Assembly (NCBI GenBank): GCA_964016885.1
Contig: OZ024740.1
Location: forward strand, 96,844,001-96,908,000
Direction of reading: 5' to 3'
Length of the DNA: 64,000 nucleotides
DNA from: Eledone cirrhosa
Lineage: Eukaryota
Each line of letters opens with the position of its first letter. Positions within the stretch are counted from its first letter, which is position 1. Positions 15,304 to 28,952 of the stretch are shown piece by piece. The notes under the pieces are model-generated. The model made no database searches. It was not told where the DNA came from and was given only the letters and a program-made list of their open reading frames with translations. The position numbers and the translations under genes were made by a program.

Positions 15304-16399
15304 TGAAATAAGATAACAAGGACAATTGGTTACTCCTTCATTGCGTTTATTGGTTGGTGACGCATGTTTCGCCACTGATCACCTCAAGGTTCGATCCGTA
15401 TCGATCTGACCAGACTCTGTAATCCGCGGCTTGTTGTTCGAATGTTAATGTAAAAATGAATACATGCTGTATGATAAAGTCAGAAGTTCCTATGACGTTC
15501 ATTAAAGATTTTTTTATTGCTGGATTAATTCATAGGGAAGTTTTTGCCTCCTGTAGTGTATGTGGGGGGAGGGTGATTACTTGGTGGTGTTGTCGAAGGT
15601 TGAATTGGGCGTGGTCTGGGGGTCCTGGTTGTCGGTAGACAGTTCAGCATGTAGATGTGGCTGATTCTTGTCTGTGGTATGGGTGTGATGTCGTTGATTG
15701 TGATAAAGATGAAAGGTTGCGGTGTTTATGCTGGTGTAATGATTGTGTTCGTGCTTTCATTTCCATAAGGAGATACATATATAGACACACTTAGTCTGAC
15801 AAATACCTTGTATACATACACATGTGTATATATATATATAGAGAGAGAGCTAGTGGAGATGGCGTTTGTACAAGTATACTTACACACAGACACGCACACA
15901 CATCTGTTTTTAGGGAGGGATGATATGTGTTGGTGATGTTCATGGTTGTGGAAGTATGACAATGTGCGTGGTGGTGGTGGTGGGTGCGACATGATATTTA
16001 CAGGATCGAATTTTCCGAAGGATTACAGGTTAAAAAGTGACATAGGGAACACGGGGAAAACAAGGTAGAAAACAAGGGATGGTGGACGTATGGCGATGTG
16101 TTTTTGGGGGGTGATTTGTTCGATATATATTTACAGGATCGGAAGTTACGATGGTTTACTAGTTAAAACCTGACGGAGAAGACACATAGAACACAATGGC
16201 ACTGAGATGACGGATGTATGGCGAAGTGCCTGTTGGTGGTGGTGGTGGGGGTGATGAGTTCGACATGATAATTATAAGATCTGATCTTACAACGGCTTAC
16301 ATGTAATAGAAGACACATGTACTGAGATGAGGAACCGTGTGGCAAGGCAAAGGTTAGTTATCCCTATGTTGAGTCATGGTTAGTGGCTGGCCCTCGACC

Positions 16400-18923
16400 G
16401 AATGTTTCTGCAGAGAAAGTTATCATTCTGGTGTGTTTGCAGTTTATAATTATGTCAGACCTTGAGTTTATGGCCGATTTCAATTTAATGATCTAAGCCG
16501 CCTCGTCCAGGAATAACATAAAGTGGTTTCTGTCGTTAGGCCACACGTGTTTTAAGTGACCATTTGATCTGCTATTCGATGTTCTTGTCTTTGAGGTCCC
16601 AGATCAAGTCTGCCAATCTTGTTTGGGATCGTTTGGGCTTGTGTTTGAAGGAGCTTTTATGGTTATGCCAGTGCTCCTTAAACGTAGTCGAGGTCACCCC
16701 TATGTAGGAGTACTCCTTTCGGCCAGCTGTGACATCGCACCTGTAAATAATGTTTTTAACGAAGCACTCCCCGTTTAATGGGCATTCTACCCGCTTTTTG
16801 CAGTTGGAGTTGGGGGTTATGGGTTTGTTGCGACGTTGTCGGTTGTACTCATTCTGGGTGGAGCTGGCATGTAGGTTGTTGTGTTGTGTTGTCTGTCTGG
16901 TTTAGTTCTGGGTTTTGCTAGTGGTTGGCTTTGGAGCTATCATGTGTTTGCCTATTTTTCTCCCATGTGTGTATGCTATCGTGTCGCCTAGATTTGGTGT
17001 TCTGGAGAAGGAGCATTTGAAAGTGTATCTATTAAAGAGATTGTGGTATTTATGTGTGGTGGGAAGGATTGTTCCCGAGCCCTGAAAAAGGTTCCCAGTA
17101 TATTGGTGGCAACGTGTATAGAGTACGGGACATTGTACTAAGTTACAGGTCTGCTTCAGGCTTTACGGTATTTAGTGGGGTTGTTGTAGTTCGGTGGTTG
17201 CGTGGGTGGATTTTGGTCAGGCCTATTTTTCATGGGGTTTCCTGCTATTCTATTGTCGTTAAGTCTCGGGTCTCTATTATTACGTAGTCGCGTGCGATAT
17301 TCAGAATCCTTCCTGGGGTTGGAGAGTATAGCTTTATCTCCTTGACAGTTGTGTGTAACGCTGCCTGTCCTGTCGGCTAAGGTTGGTCTTTGGTTAGTAT
17401 TTGTTCTAGGTGGGGTGTCCTGGTCTATATGCGTTTCTAAGGGTATGTTTGGGTTTAGCGACGTTGCGGTTCTAGTTTAGTCATTGTAAGTTATCTTCTC
17501 CTTGTACCCAGCCTTTTTAAGTGCGGAGTTATAGTATTCCGCGTGATGGTTGAAGATAGTTCTGTTTGCCGACGGGGTGGACACTCTATAGGAAACGCTT
17601 TTAACTATTGAGTTATTTATGCCCCTATGATGGTTGGAGTGTATGTTGAGATATTTCAGGTTTCGTTGGGTTTATAGCGTGGGCGTTAGAGACCTGTGTC
17701 TAATTCTAACGTGACGTCTGAGAACTTTACTGTCCTACTGTTGGGTTCTATTTCTACCGCTAATCCTTGGGTCTTAAATAGATATCTAAGTCGTTTGTGT
17801 AGTCTGTCTAATTGGCTATTATTGCGTCCACGGGCCATGAGTAGGGTGTGGTCTCGATACAAGCCTTCGCCCATGTTGGGGATCTCGTCCGATATATTTA
17901 GGCGGATATAGGCTTACTACATCAGTAACATGTGCGGAGTCACTCGAGCCCATAGTAATGTCGAAGCTATCTAGTCTATTTTGTCGTTCCCATAATTTAC
18001 CGTATAATTCTAGTAAAGTGTTCCTAGCTACTAGTATGGTGTATACTTCCTTTCTGGGGAGGCTTCATCTGTTCATGGCTGAGATCAGTGCCTTGTTTAG
18101 GATGACCGTGGATATAGAGGTTTAGTAGTTCAAAATGTCCATTTGGACGAATCGAACGTCCGATTTGGTTTCATTGTCGAAGAACCAGTCGATTACCTCC
18201 TTTGTACAGGACCAGATTCTGAGTTTTGTCCTATTTCTTAATGTTGGTATTACCCGCTCAATGATGCATTTGCTTAGTCTATATAAGTCTGATTTAGAGG
18301 GCGTATGAGTCTGACAGGTAGTTTGGATTGAAAGTCCGGTTTGTAGTCCTTAATTGATATCCTCGGTGTCCTAGGGTTGTAGGGTTGTGTCCTGTCGTCT
18401 ATGCTCAGTTCCGTCATTATCGTTTTTGCCTGTTTATTTTATTGTGCTAGGTTTTTTTTCCGTTTTGATGCTTTGTATACTTTAACTAGTTCGTTTGTGA
18501 TAAATTTCTTGCAGGTTTTGTACTCCAAATTATAGATGTTTCCGGTCTTATCGGCCGGTACGTTGATGCCAGGGCTTTTCCTGACCTTCTTTACGGTGGA
18601 TGCGAGCCCAGACAGGAATGCACTTCTGTTAGGATTTCGCGGAGGTTTTCTAAATGTAATACTCCGGACTATGGTAATAATGCTGTCCTCAAACTCGTCT
18701 AGGAGTGAGTTGTGCGGTGGCTTTTTCCTCGATTTGAATAGTTTTTCAGGTGGTTGGTGGAATTGTCGTCGGATCTAGGGGCCTTCCTGTTGTGATAGTG
18801 GTAGGCCCTCCAACGGATCCTTCTAATGAAATTGTTGGGCCGCATTAGTAAAAGGTTCATGTGTACATCATCCGAGGGTATAGGTATGTCCTTTGGGGAG
18901 GAAGTATGGTGGAACAATTCCAT
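16400..18923 (-). pseudogene. Frameshifted PLE RT + GIY-YIG ORF
   Basis: N-terminal KDIPIP..FIRRIRWRAY, then PADKTGNIY, FDITMGSSDSAHV, GLYRDHT, VKFSDVTL, NCKKRVECPLNGEC and YIGVTSTTFK. Confidence 0.88.
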
Positions 18924-19120
18924 GGTGTTCCGGGTAAGCGCCCGATTAGGTAAGGAGCTATGTATACAGGGAGTGTAACTTGGAGTTACAGTAGGTTCAC
19001 CCGGGTGAGCACTCGATGTTTAGGTTCAATTCAATGTCGAGGTGTAGAGCTAGACAGAGTGTATTATAGTGAGATAAGATAACAAGGACGTTTGGTTACT
19101 CCTTCATTGCGCTTAATGGA

Positions 19121-19207
19121 GGGTGACGCGCGTTTCGCCACTGATCAGTTCAAGGTTAGATCTGTATCGTTCTGACCGGATTCTCTAAACCGCGGTTCGT
19201 CAGACCC
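19121..19207 (-). ncRNA. Type I hammerhead ribozyme with extended stem II (PLE-2 pseudo-LTR)
   Basis: GGGT-CTGACGA-[~60 nt]-GAAAC-GCGC-GTC^ACCC, with a palindromic minimal stem III. Confidence 0.85.
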
Positions 19208-19843
19208 CTTGTAATGTTAATGGAACATGACTACATGCTGTATTATAAATTCAGAAGTTCCTATGGTGGTCATTAAAGTTAGTTTTGATCACCACCACCA
19301 CAAGGCACATCGTCATGCTTCCACAAACATGAACATCACCAACAGATTTCATCCCTCCCTAAAAACGCATGTGTGTATGTCTGTGTGTAAGTATACTTGT
19401 ACAAACGCCATCTCCACTGGCTCTCTCTCTCTATATATATATACACACGTGTATGTATACAACGTATTTGTCAGATTACGTGTGTCTCTATATGTATCTC
19501 CTTATGGAAATGAAACCTCGAACACAATCATTACACGACTATAAACACCGCAACCTTTCATCTTTATCACACACAACAACACCACACCCATACTACATCA
19601 CACAAAAATCAGCCACATCTACATGCCAAACTGTCTACCGACAACCAGCACCCCCAAACCACGCCCACTTCAACCTGCGACCGACACCACCAACTTATCA
19701 CCACACCCACGCCCCCATATACACTACAGGCAAACACATCCCTATGAACTAATCCCCCAATCAAAACAAATGTTAATGACCGTCATAGGAACTTCTGACT
19801 TTATCATACAGCATGTATTCATTTCTCCATTAACATTCGAAGG

Positions 19844-19927
19844 GGTCTGACGAGCCGCGGATTATCGAGTCGGTCAGATCGATACAGATGGAAACATGAT
19901 CTGATCAGTGGCGAAACGTTCGTCACC
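19844..19927 (+). ncRNA. Type I hammerhead ribozyme (PLE-2 inverted arm)
   Basis: GGT-CTGACGA-GCCGC..GGTCAGATC..GATCTGATC..GTGGC-GAAAC-GTTC-GTC^ACC. Confidence 0.83.
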
Positions 19928-20490
19928 AACTAATAAACGTATTGAAGGAATACCCAATCGCCCTTGTTATCTTATTTCACTATAATACACTATGTATAGC
20001 TCTACACCTCGACACTGAAGTGAACCTAAACATCGAGTGCTCACCGGAGTGAACCTACAGTAACTCCAAGTTACACTTCCTGGATATATATATATCATCG
20101 CCGCTATATATATATAGGGACAAATTAGCAGACACGAAAATTAACTGCGGTAAGAAATTTTTCTTATATCAAAGTTTAATGGGCTTCCACTGACGATTTA
20201 TAAATGCCCACCTAATTGTATTCTTACATGAAAATATATTAGGTTTCTACATAAACTGGAAATATTCTCCCAACTTGTAGAATACTTATAATGAAACAAT
20301 TGTTTGGAAAGAGAGAAATATTTTAATTTTAAGTATATCTCATATAAAATAATACAACTGGCTTTCCACAAAATACATATAGTTGGCACCCCAGACACTA
20401 AATTGGGTTTATACTAACGTATAACCTAATGTTTGTTGAGTGAGATGGTTACCAGTTGGAGTTTAGCGTAAAGCTTTCTCTGTTATTGTA

Positions 20491-20522
<32 letters not shown>

Positions 20523-21601
20523 TTATTAAATAACAGATTACAGCTTAAGCAAATAATCGCTGCTTTCACCCTTAACGGATATTCTGAAACTTATCGAGCC
20601 CTCTTTGGATTTTAGTCTTCAAATTTATTATTATTACTATATATATATATGTGTGTGTATGTATGTATGTATGTATATATATATTTACCTTCATACGTTT
20701 ATATTAATCTATACTTGTATTTAATATTCATATAGACTGTCTACGTTTGCATTTGCATATCCACATCTACCTAGTTCTCTCCATATCCTTCTAGCTGACA
20801 GATTGATGAAACCTTGTAATATTGTATTCTCTATATATAGCTGCCTGGCTATCTGGCTTATACATATATATATATCAAAGTTGTTTGTCTCCTTTTCTAT
20901 CTATGAACAAGAACATCAATTCCACGTGGGTGTAACCGATTTGTTAGTTAATGAATGCCTTTTACCTGATAATGTAAAATCTGCAGATACAATAAACTAA
21001 CAATAATATTAGGAAATCTATGAAATTTCTAGCACGACATATTCTTTTACCCTAATTGAATAATGGAAATTCTCAATACAGAAGGATTGAGGTGTACGAA
21101 TATGTCATTAAGATTATTAAATCAAATGTTTTCAGATGGGTTTTAACAGCATTTGTGTAATTTATTCAGAAATACAAATTGTTTCACGTGTTCTGCTTGT
21201 TATTTGTGATATTTAAATTATCTGAGGTAGATAGAAACTATGTAAAATTATAAATGAAAACAAAAGGTAAAATATTGGAGATGTTGCCGAAATGTTTGTA
21301 CCATGGTGACATACGTGGTGGTTGTATACGATGATTAAGGACCCTCGTAGATATCGACGATGTGAATTAAGCTCAGTCATTAGCCATTTAATAAATAATG
21401 CCTTTACCGTGAAAGCTGTATTCTAGAATGATTAAAGAACATATAGGCTTTTAGAAAAGGAACCGTGAGAAAAGTGATAACTTCAAAGAATGAAATATAC
21501 ACTGCGATATACACTGAAATGCATTTTGCTAAATACGAAATAATAAAGTGAGATCCAAGTAAGTTTACTTAGATAAAGTTATTCTCTTAGTGAGGAGAAA
21601 A

Positions 21602-21822
21602 ATAATGGTTTCTTATTTCAGCACAAGGTCAGTAATTTGGGGGGAGGGGAAATTCGATTAAACTGACCCCAGTGCGTGACTGGTACTTTATTTTATCGAC
21701 CCCATAAGGATGAAAGGCAAAGTTAACCTCGGCGGGATTTGACCTCAGATCATAAAGAGCCGTACCTCTATGCTGCAAAGCATGGAATCCGACTCTCTAC
21801 CGATACTGCCAATCCGCCGCCC
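21602..21822 (-). mobile_element. tRNA-derived SINE, full length, with target-site duplication
   Basis: A box TGGCAGTATCGG, B-box-like GGTCAAATCC, central GCCTTTCATCCTTATGGGGTCGATAAAATAAAGTACCAG. AGTGAGGAGAAAA occurs on both flanks (21589, 21825). Confidence 0.88.
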
Positions 21823-21931
21823 TCAGTGAGGAGAAAAAAATACTTGTCTTAATTATCAATTCTGGGTAGGGGATAGAGGCAACAACGAATTTAAATTATT
21901 ATTAAAACGTGCAATGCAGTTAGATTGCCAC

Positions 21932-22142
21932 ATCAGTGAGTTCGAAAACGTTGTATTAGTGCTTAAATTTCTCATGTATGAAGCAGGTCCACTATCTCCG
22001 GTCAATGATTGTGTGTAGCTTATATAAGACAATTGCTAGATCAGTGAGTTCAAAAACGTTGTATTACTGCTCCAATTTCTCCCGTATCAAGCAGGTCCAT
22101 TCTCTACGGTCAATGACTGTATGTACCTTATATAAGACTATA
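21932..22142. repeat. Two-copy tandem duplication, ~107 bp unit
   Basis: ATCAGTGAGTTC.AAAACGTTGTATTA...CTTATATAAGAC appears twice. Confidence 0.8.
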
Positions 22143-22256
22143 TTCTCCAACAAAGACAAACGTCAACTCTCGGTACGCACTAAAACTGTTTCGATTGGTC
22201 TTTCTGTTCTTGTCTCTCGGAAGCTATTTTGGCAGAAGCGTAACTGCTTTTCCTTT

Positions 22257-22352
22257 CGCAGGAGGCGGGATTTGAACCATGTACGCACAGAGCCAGAAGA
22301 GGTATCACGCAGCATAATTTCCGGCATTTTAACTAATCGGCCAATTTATGCC
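22257..22352 (-). pseudogene. Decayed tRNA-like sequence (long variable arm, Leu/Ser-like) or SINE head
   Basis: TGGCCGATTAGTTAAAATGCCGG...GGTTCAAATCCCGCCTCCTGCG. The A and B boxes are present but the cloverleaf is imperfect. Confidence 0.45.
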
Positions 22353-22803
22353 TATGAATTTGTACTTGATTTATCAAACAAAGGTTTTGAAACGGAAAGT
22401 CGATAGCGGCATGTTTAGAACTTAAAATGGGAAGAGCCCAAATAAATACCTAGGATTTTAACGGTAAAAATTCGCTCACTGATATGATGACCATTCTACT
22501 TTGCAAATTAATGGGCCTCTATTTGATAGAAATTTAGCTGCTACGTTTAATAATGTACGGAGGGCAAATGTATGGAAGTACATTTATGAATCCTTTAACA
22601 TATGAAGATACTACAAACATCGGTAGGGTCCCAATATAAGTGAGGTACCAAACTTTGATTGACTGAGAATATCCAATCAATCAATGGACATAAACTCTGT
22701 TGCAGGGATATGTAGCAGTGTACACGTGGTGTAAAAGCTCATATAACAAGTACTTGTTCTCGTCGAAGCACATATCCTACCATCTTATGTATATTTATAT
22801 GCA

Positions 22804-22873
<70 letters not shown>

Positions 22874-22877
22874 CATA

Positions 22878-23382
22878 TATTAGTATTGGTGCTCTGAAAT
22901 AGGATGTATACATGTATGTATGTATAGTATGTTTGGAAATATATCGTATGTTTAATTAAAAACATTTAGAAAACCATTCGCTATCAGTTGTAAAGTAGTA
23001 ACTATGTCACTTATTTATTTTCGGCAAAGGTAGGGAGAGAGGCTGGCAGTCTGTTTCTCGCGGTTTGGCATTTATCAACAAACGCACTCCCCTGGCTTTG
23101 CCGAAAAATATAAAAGATTTTAATGAAATATACCGTATATTGCCAAATATACTATACATATATTCATGTATACATCGCTATTTCAGAGCATCAATATTAA
23201 TACCTATTTTTTGCTGGATCGGCAATCGCTCTGTATAATCGGCTCCTGAATATTACTGGAATTCTATAAGAATCCAGCTCCTATAATTTTCGGCAAAGAC
23301 AGTGGAGGGCGTGGTTTTGATAAACGCCAAACAGCGAGAAATAGACTGTCAGACTCTCTCCCTTCTTCGTTTCCCGAAAATG
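22878..23382. mobile_element. Non-coding fold-back insertion in (TA)n with decayed U3-A8 hammerhead motifs
   Basis: 22878-22967 is inverted against 23112-23202, and 23018-23108 against 23288-23380. Motif TTGATAA-ACGC..GCGA-GAAATAGACTGTC. Confidence 0.6.
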
Positions 23383-23845
23383 TATGTGTATATATATATA
23401 TATATATCTATATATATATATATATATATATATAAATGTGAACAAAAATATGTATATATATATATGTATCTATATATATATAGAGAGTGCGGGGTAGATA
23501 TATATATATATAGATATATAATGGTTGCATCTCGGTTTCAAGTATTGCCAACCCTTAACATTTGTCTAGTACATAGGTGGCACGAATATATTTTTAAGCC
23601 GTGCAATGGGTTTTCTGCATATGCTGCTGCAAAGAAAAAGGCCATGCTTATGCAACACACGTGAATATCATCAAATGAAGTGCTGTCAGAGCTTGTAACT
23701 TGTTTAAGTGCAGGTGACATTGCACTCTATCAATCCCATACTTTGAACAGCACTAACCAAAAGAAAGAACATATGAATATCATTGTCTGCCATCCTGTTG
23801 CAGAATTTACATGACATTCATCCTTCTCATGTACACACAAACACA

Positions 23846-23946
<101 letters not shown>

Positions 23947-24539
23947 GCATACATACATATACATATATATTCCTTCAATAATATCCCATTCTGACGGATT
24001 TCTGGGGATGTAAGGGTGAGAGAGCGTGTGTGCGTGTGTTATGTATCTATCAATATATTATGTAATGTATCTATCAATGTATGAAAATGTATGAGAAGTG
24101 TAAACTGGTCTTTTGACATTCCTGTGATACGAACTCGCACTGACATAACTGATTGTGTAGTTTATTTCGTTTCACGCAATGATTTTTATCTACTATCAAA
24201 TGATGGCCCTCGCCTCATCATGATTTAGACATAAAACTGCATAACCAATAGCATCAGACAATTTGCATTGTTGCTGTGCCAATTCTCAAATGGATTACAG
24301 TAAAGGATAGCAAAACCAGTTTGGCAACAACGTATTATGTATATGTTTGTCTGTCTTTGTGCTGCTTGCGTATGTAAACGTGCATATGTATGTATATATG
24401 TATGTATGTATAAATGAAACTCTGTATCAATGTACGCATTATCAATGTGCATTCGTGTCCGAGAAAGACTATCCCTGGCTATGAAAACAATCGTGTTTTT
24501 GATATTGTGTCCTGAAGCTTGCCAGACTCTTACCTATCT

Positions 24540-24960
24540 TTTGACAGGCCTTACATAAAAAAGCGTCATGTGCACACTTCAGTATGCATAATCGTTTTGT
24601 GATGCATTACACTGTCTTTTAGGACACCGAAACATTTGCAGACCTTCCAACTTAAACTGTTCATTACGAAATCTATTGTCGTAAAATTAATGTACTCTTG
24701 TTTGTCTTTATGCATTCGTTGGCCATAAACAGGGCCAGCATTCGTAAGGAATATAAAGGCAGAAATACCGCAGAGCACGTTTAATCCACCCACTTTAAGC
24801 TATTTTGTGCACTTCGCATAAATCAGAAATACGAAATATCTACTTTTTCAAAGACACTTCCACCACCATTTCTAAACTTCTGGTGGTGAAAAGAATTTCC
24901 TTTCTGTCCTCACGTATTTCAAATGCCATTAAAGGAAATTGTTTTATGTCCATATCCTAT
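24540..24960 (-). pseudogene. Decayed hAT (Charlie/Buster-like) transposase fragment
   Basis: IDFVMNSLSWKV..HKTIMHTEVC resembles the hAT VNFI..LN.R.F..LL.HTEVRW block, with KEILF upstream. Confidence 0.45.
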
Positions 24961-25030
24961 AGCTTTGCATTGTGTTGGTGATCGCTTCTGCACAAAGTAA
25001 GACCACGACTGTGTTACATTTCATTAAATG

Positions 25031-25062
<32 letters not shown>

Positions 25063-25940
25063 CACTGTCGATAACTTTATCGTCCAACTTAAACATCTCA
25101 TGAACTAGGAACTCTAATGTGCGTAGAGCTTCTCTCATCTTACCAAAGAAAATAGTGAAGTACTACGCTATTATCACATATTTTACTCTGTGTGTGTGAA
25201 ATGCGTGTGTAGGTGGGTGTTGGTATGTACAAGTGTGCGTGAAATGTGTGTGTAGGTGGATGTGGGTATGTGCACGTGTGCGAATGTCTCTGTTATGCGG
25301 ATATTGTTCGGAGTACGGATTTTCTTTTTGACTTGATTCATTTACCGTGTCCGTTACACTGGAAACCATGTAAATGGGAAACTAACATCATAATTTACAG
25401 CCTGAGTTAAAGGCAGTTTGTTAGGGACGCTTCTTCTTATACTTATGTATATGGCGTATACAGGAACGCATAGGTAAAGTTGAACGCTATGGGATTTGAA
25501 CGCAAACGGGAATATATATGAATCATAGCATTTTGACCAACACTCTACCAATAGTACTGAACCAATATGCTCACTGTGATATATATAATAAATGAGAATC
25601 TACTAAATAAATGGTATGTGGTATCAGCCATCAGTAAATGTTTTATTGTTATGTATTTACCTATAAATCTAAATCGCAACGTTAATCTTTCTCAGTCTCA
25701 CGTTCTCTTCATCTCTCTCCCACTCTCACTTCATATGTATATATAGAGAGAGAAAAGGAGAAATAAAAAGAGAGATTGAGGATTAATGTGAGGTTTTTAA
25801 TTTACATGCATATAAACAAACAATACTAACTGGAAGCTGGCTTTCTCTCTCTCCCTCTCTGTATATATATATATATAAAAAAGATGAAATCGAAAATGCA
25901 GCTGGAGTCTTATTTTTAAAAAATATATATATTTATTTGG

Positions 25941-25985
25941 TTCCATTACCGGTTTCGCAGTTCTTCTGCTTTTCAAAAGAAGAGT
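25941..25985 (-). ncRNA. Minimal hammerhead, U3-A8 variant
   Basis: TTGAAAA-GCAG-AAGAA-CTGC-GAAAC-CG-GTA. Stem I is only partial. Confidence 0.62.
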
Positions 25986-26048
25986 TGAGATGGAGGGTGT
26001 GTGGTTTTTCATCACACATAGATATATATATGCGTGGGTGTGTGTATA

Positions 26049-26163
<115 letters not shown>

Positions 26164-26245
26164 GTTATTCCGGGTTGAATCGGAGGTAACCACAGTAAGT
26201 AAGGTACTCAATACATAGCAGAGTATAACAGTTTTAATATAGATG

Positions 26246-26296
26246 AGATTCTACAGGACTAGAACTGTTTCATTCATTTGAAATCATCAGGAATCT
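26246..26296 (-). ncRNA. Type I hammerhead in a ~140 bp island (26162-26310) within (TA)n
   Basis: AGATTC-CTGATGA-TTTCAAATGAAT-GAAACAG-TTCTAGTC-CTGTA^GAATCT. Stem I is a perfect 6 bp and stem III is 4 bp. Confidence 0.85.
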
Positions 26297-26308
26297 GGGT
26301 ATCAAAAA

Positions 26309-26379
<71 letters not shown>

Positions 26380-26424
26380 TAAATATACACATATATATGT
26401 ATATATATATATATTCATATATTT

Positions 26425-26508
<84 letters not shown>

Positions 26509-26546
26509 TATATATATATATGTATATATATATATACATATATACG

Positions 26547-26621
<75 letters not shown>

Positions 26622-26666
26622 AAATATATGAATATATATATATATACATATATATGTGTATATTTA

Positions 26667-26736
<70 letters not shown>

Positions 26737-26737
26737 A

Positions 26738-27140
26738 AAGAATAGAGGTGTGACACACAACTTATTATATATTGGTAAACGGAATAGAAAATGCTGACAA
26801 ATTGTTCACAGTGAAAAATAGTTTAATTAGGAATAAATGTGAATTAGTAAGTGTATTGGTTAGTATTCAGTTTTGGTTTTTAGTTTTACCGGTTGCGGAT
26901 TTCTAATGCTTTTCAAAAATAATTTTGAGATAGAGCGTCCGTGATGTTTGCTCAGATCAGAACAAATATCACGGATGCTCTATCTCAAAATTATTTTTGA
27001 AAAGCATTAGAAATGCGCAACCGGTAAAACTTAAAACCAAAACTGAATACTAACCAATACACTTACAAATTCTCACTTATTCCTAATTAAACTATTTTTC
27101 ACTGTGAACAATTTGTCAGCATTTTCTATTCCGTTTACCA

Positions 27141-27141
<1 letters not shown>
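26738..27141. mobile_element. Fold-back mini-element in (TA)n
   Basis: ~185 bp arms centred near 26957, with a ~30 bp tail on the left arm. Carries TTGAAAA-GCATT..AATGC-GCAAC-CG-GTA, related to 25941-26015. Confidence 0.85.
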
Positions 27142-27185
<44 letters not shown>

Positions 27186-27746
27186 AATATACATACTATC
27201 TATGGGGGCTTCTGGTCTGTGTGAATGTCTGGAATCAAAGTAAATATACAAACATATAGATTAAGAATTAAGTTAATGATAGAAACTTTGTAGATATAAG
27301 GAATTGAGGTAACATATTCTACCACCATACAAAATTCTATTATAAAAACTTGCTACTAACAATCTTAAACATTTTAAATATATTGAGCTTATTTTTTAAA
27401 TATATAATATTTTTCTTTGTATGTTTTTTTAATCAATTTTAGTTCATTTACTTTTTTTATTTATCGAAATATTTTATTTTAGTGAACAGATTGTGTTGCT
27501 GTTTTGTCAGTGACATTTGGTCAGATTTAGCTTTCATAGATCATAATCTATGCTAATCATGTTTTTTTTTTTTTGTTAAATCCCAACATTATATTGCATT
27601 TTCTGGCCTTTAATCCATGAATCTTTCAGTTGTCTCCCTCTCCCTCTAACTGCCTGAATCTGGCTCTCTCTAGGTATATACATATATAGATACACACACA
27701 CAAAACAGCGACACACATACATACACACACAAACACACATACATAT

Positions 27747-27780
<34 letters not shown>

Positions 27781-27996
27781 TATTTTCTCTTCATCTCTCG
27801 TATTTCTTCCTCTATCTCCCCATTCCACGAACCCTTCACGTGTTCCCCTTCTATCAATCTACATATTTATCTTATATTCTGTAAGCTTGTCAATCTGCCT
27901 GTCATTTATTTGTCTATTTGTTTCATTTATACACTGTACACACACACAGACACACATATATGCATATGCACATATTTATATATACATACATATATC

Positions 27997-28033
<37 letters not shown>

Positions 28034-28092
28034 TTATATATATATAAGCAAAAGTGATATTCAATTTATATTCATTTATTTAATATCATTGA

Positions 28093-28124
<32 letters not shown>

Positions 28125-28818
28125 TATATATATACTTACATGTATGTAAATGCCAGTGTGTGGGGGGGGGGGGTGTATGTGTGTATAAATGGGTGCTGTT
28201 GTGTGTCAGCATATATGGAAATATATAAACACGGATAGGTATATTTTGTAATTTAAATAAATATATAATATTTCTACAAATAATAAGTACGGATATGCGT
28301 ATGCACAGCAACCGATACTAATATATACTATTATACATATATAATGCATCGACATCAATAGATATATATGCCTATAATGTATTCGTGTGTGTATCTGTAT
28401 GTGGAAGCATTTGAGTCTGTAAGTTTGTTCCTTTGCGTGTTTATATTTTGTGTGTCTATGCTTTTATGTCTATATATGTATACGTATCATCATGTTTGCA
28501 TATGATCATCAGTTTGTGTGTTTGTGTTTCTGTATAATTTTTTGTGACTGTGTGTATATGTGTGTGTTTGCATGTTTCTACATATCAAAAGATGGTGTTT
28601 ATTCTAAGTGTTCGTTCTCAGTAAGAAAAAGCAAACCTATTCATCTTTTGACATCAGTATATTTCTGCCAGTTGCTCTGACAGTTATGACAGATATGAAC
28701 AGATAGAAACAAATATATGTTTATATTCATAGTGGAGGTAGGAATAAATCACACATACATAGACGTGCGCACGCACACACAAATATATGTGTATGTATGT
28801 ATATATATATATATATAT

Positions 28819-28874
<56 letters not shown>

Positions 28875-28897
28875 GTGTGTGTGTGTGTGAATGTACA

Positions 28898-28952
<55 letters not shown>

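Larger units (their letters stand above)
15302..20083 (-). mobile_element. Penelope-like retroelement PLE-2 (Naiad-type), apparently full length but decayed, with a direct pseudo-LTR and an inverted 3' copy
   Basis: Direct repeat 15302-15510 vs 19069-19288. The inverted arm 19290-20083 is the reverse complement of ~15302-15980 plus the 18965-19068 tail. Flanked by (TA)n. Confidence 0.92.

Noticed and set aside
26738-27141. Reading the fold-backs as classical MITEs or miRNA precursors
   Set aside because: The arms are asymmetric, carry ribozyme motifs and, in one family, match a PLE 3' end.
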